A stretch of 64,000 nt of DNA from Laetmonice hystrix (taxonomy: Eukaryota), in assembly GCA_965235115.1 (NCBI GenBank), contig OZ249440.1, positions 32,056,001-32,120,000 on the forward strand. Reading direction: 5' to 3'. The translations under genes and the position numbers were made by a program. The first letter of the stretch is position 1; every line of letters starts with the position of its first letter. The notes under the pieces were generated by a model that saw nothing but the letters and a program-made list of their open reading frames with translations, searched no databases and was not told the origin of the DNA. Positions 61,331-64,000 of the stretch are shown here, piece after piece.

Positions 61331-61339
61331 AGGGTCATT

Positions 61340-62208
61340 AAGCCAGATGGGGTCACGTGACAGCATTTAAATTGACGTAAATTGAAAACTCATATATGAT
61401 TTTCCATATGAGTTTAATAGAAACAGAGCCAGATTGGGCCATGGTTCCTAAGTTACAGCCATCTTAAAATACCAATGACGTCATAGGGCAACGAGATGGC
61501 ACGTGACATAACTAAAAATGGTGTCATTTGAAAGGCCATATATATGACTTCCTATGGGTATCACTAGTACGTATGGGCCTATCTGGCTCTTTTTCCAAGT
61601 TACTGCCAGCTGAAAACACTGATGACGTCATACAGCCATATATGGTCACATGACCTAATTAAAAATGGTGTCATTTGAAAGGCCATATATGATTTCCTAT
61701 CTGTCTACAATAGTAACTATGGGCCTATCTGGCTCTGTTTCCAAGTTATTGCTAATTGAAAATACCGATGATGTCATAGAGTCACGTAGGGTCACGTGAC
61801 CTAATTAAAAATTGTGTCATTTTAAAGGCCATAATGACTTCCTATCTGTCTTCAATAGTAACTATGGGCCTATCTGGCTCTATTTCCAAGTTACTGCTAA
61901 TTGAAAATACTGATGACGTCATAGAGTCACGTAGGGTCACGTGACCTAATTAAAAAAGGTGTCATTTTAAAGGCCATATATGACTTCCTATCTGTCTACA
62001 ATAGTAACTATGGGCCTATCTGGCTCTGTTTCCAAGTTATTGCTAATTGAAAATACCGATGATGTCATAGAGTCACGTAGGGTCACGTGACCTAATTAAA
62101 AATTGTGTCATTTTAAAGGCCATAATGACTTCCTATCTGTCTTCAATAGTAACTATGGGCCTATCTGGCTCTATTTCCAAGTTACTGCTAATTGAAAATA
62201 CTGATGAC
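61340..62208 (-). repeat. ~146-bp satellite family in reverse orientation, ~6 copies with a 291-bp dimer
   Basis: Reverse complement gives AGCCAGATAGGCCCATAGTTACTATTG..GACAGATAGGAAGTCATATATGG...AGGTCACGTGACC, matching the 24.5-kb monomer layout. Confidence 0.88.
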
Positions 62209-62274
62209 AATAATTTTGGGGCTAAAGTGAAAACTAACACTAACCGTAGGCCTAACCTTTACCCTAACCCAAAC

Positions 62275-62780
62275 ACAGTGGGTGAGGTCAAATATGAGAG
62301 TTAACTATACGCCTGGATTATCCAGGTGTTATCTCAGGAAAAAGTGTTAACCTGAACCTTTAACACCGGGCTCCAGTTAACATTTTGACAACACCCAGTT
62401 AATACTTTGATAAAACTCAGGTAACACTTACCTGACACATCAGTCACACCTGGTCGCCACTCCTACCAGTGGAATAAGGAATAAGCTTGACTCTGAGTTT
62501 TGACCTGTCTCAGGTGTTAACACACAGGCGGTTAACACTTTAGGTATAGGTTTTCTATGGTAATTCCAAAGACACCTGGGACCTTACTGAGATTAAGGGG
62601 ACACCTGAGTTATCTAGGTGTTTACAAGGTGTGTTTTAGGTGTTAACACGTTGTTGAGACAGTGTTAACTCAGTGTTAAGTAAACACCCAGGACGAGGTC
62701 AAATTTTCGATTTATAGAACACTTTCTTAATACCTAGCGTTAACACCCATTTAACTCTTAGATTTGACCTTACCCACTGT
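62275..62780. mobile_element. MITE with ~30-bp TIR and many GTGTTAA/TTAACAC sub-repeats
   Basis: ACAGTGGGTGAGGTCAAATATGAGAGTTAA / TTAACTCTTAGATTTGACCTTACCCACTGT; no clear TSD. Confidence 0.75.
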
Positions 62781-63499
62781 CTCTCATCTCGCATGTCGTC
62801 GCCGGTATTCCATAGGTGGGGGACGGGCGGCCGGCCCGTGTAGGGGTTTGGTGGGGAGTTACCACGGTTGAGAAGGACGCCTGACTGGGGATTGGCGGGA
62901 GTTGCCAGGGACAACGGCTGAGAACAGGCGCACAGGCCAGTGACTGGGAGCGGGCCCGCTGGCGAATTTTTTTTCCCACGCTAGTTCTGGATACTAATTA
63001 GCATACAGCCAATCAGAAACAAGTTGTTTACGCGCTGTGTAAGCCGCATAAGTCGGAAACTATTAACTGTAGAGAAAAACACTTAATGTAGCGGTTGTAG
63101 GCAAAGACCTGGAGATTCTTCTCCACCAAGTTTCATAAAGATACGGTCAGGGGTTTGGGATATATAAAAGGCTTCTCTAAGGTTGGCACGGTACTGAGGT
63201 CAAAGGTCATGAAGTGCTAAAAATAGCAAAATCCCGAGAAAATATCCACAGTTGTCTTTTCCCCAAATTAGGACTTTCTAGCCCCGGTAGTTTTTGAGCC
63301 TTACATTCTCTCAACACCAGCAGATAGGTCTCAGAAATCCAGGACTGAAAAAACTTGGGGAAATTAAGCAGAAAATCAGACAAGAACTTCAACAGTAACC
63401 ATGACAAATAAGTCACCTCCCCAGAAACCATCAGTTGCTTGCTGACTCGAGAGGTAGGCACCTCCTAGAATCAATCGCCCAGACAGAAATTTTACAAAT

Positions 63500-64000
63500 G
63501 TAAACTCTCTAAACATGAAAACTGGTGGTTGGCTAGCAGTGTATATCAAAGATAAGTATGGGGCATCTGATAGTAATGTTTGAGGGAACATCCTAAGTAA
63601 TCCTTACATAGAAACACAGTGGCTTATCATGGACAAAGATGGCAACAAGAAAACCATTATAATAAACCTTTATACACCCCCTAGTGTAAATATAAATGAC
63701 TTTTGAATCAATTCCACTACAGCTACAAGTACAAAAATATAAAAATACGGACGTATATATTATGGGAGATTTCAATATAAATCTACAAGAAACAAATGAA
63801 GCAAATGGGAAAAGGCTAACATCCTCATGGTATGCAACAATACATTAATGACGTAACTAGATATAGCCCATCTAGGCGCTCTACAATTAACTTGATTTTT
63901 ACAAATAGCAAATATATCAACAAGTGTGGAGTGGTAAATATAAACTTGAGTGATCATGAAATGATTTTTATCACAAAGAAGAAAGGCAAATCTCCTAAGC
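63500..64000 (+). pseudogene. Decayed AP-endonuclease domain of a non-LTR retrotransposon (CR1/L2-like), runs off the window
   Basis: Manual translation: GGWLAVYIKD, INLYTPP, VYIMGDFNIN, INLIFTN, LSDHEMIF, with frameshifts. Confidence 0.75.

Overview
Eukaryotic (metazoan, probably marine invertebrate) repeat-dense DNA with no recognisable host gene. 1-12.8 kb is a higher-order tandem array: seven complete units plus a partial one, each a constant block plus a variable number of G-rich 72-bp monomers. The centrepiece is an uninterrupted 1827-aa Helentron-type ORF on the minus strand (18603-24086: HUH Rep, PIF1 helicase, AP endonuclease). It is flanked by ~146-bp satellite arrays and by HINE-like non-autonomous units ending in a hairpin followed by CTAGTT. 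The rest is decayed, deeply nested mobile DNA: two copies of an RNase H-containing I/Nimb-like LINE, a Ty3/Gypsy remnant with a solo LTR inside, a near-intact Kolobok-like transposase, a Myb/SANT pseudogene, many MITEs with readable TIRs/TSDs (Academ-, Kolobok-, Harbinger-, Sola- and hAT-like) and further tandem arrays. The least expected signal is one H-type pseudoknot fold shared by every satellite unit, the LINE 5' end and both LINE 3' UTRs. All calls are by eye; superfamily names rest on motif and TSD recall, not database searches.
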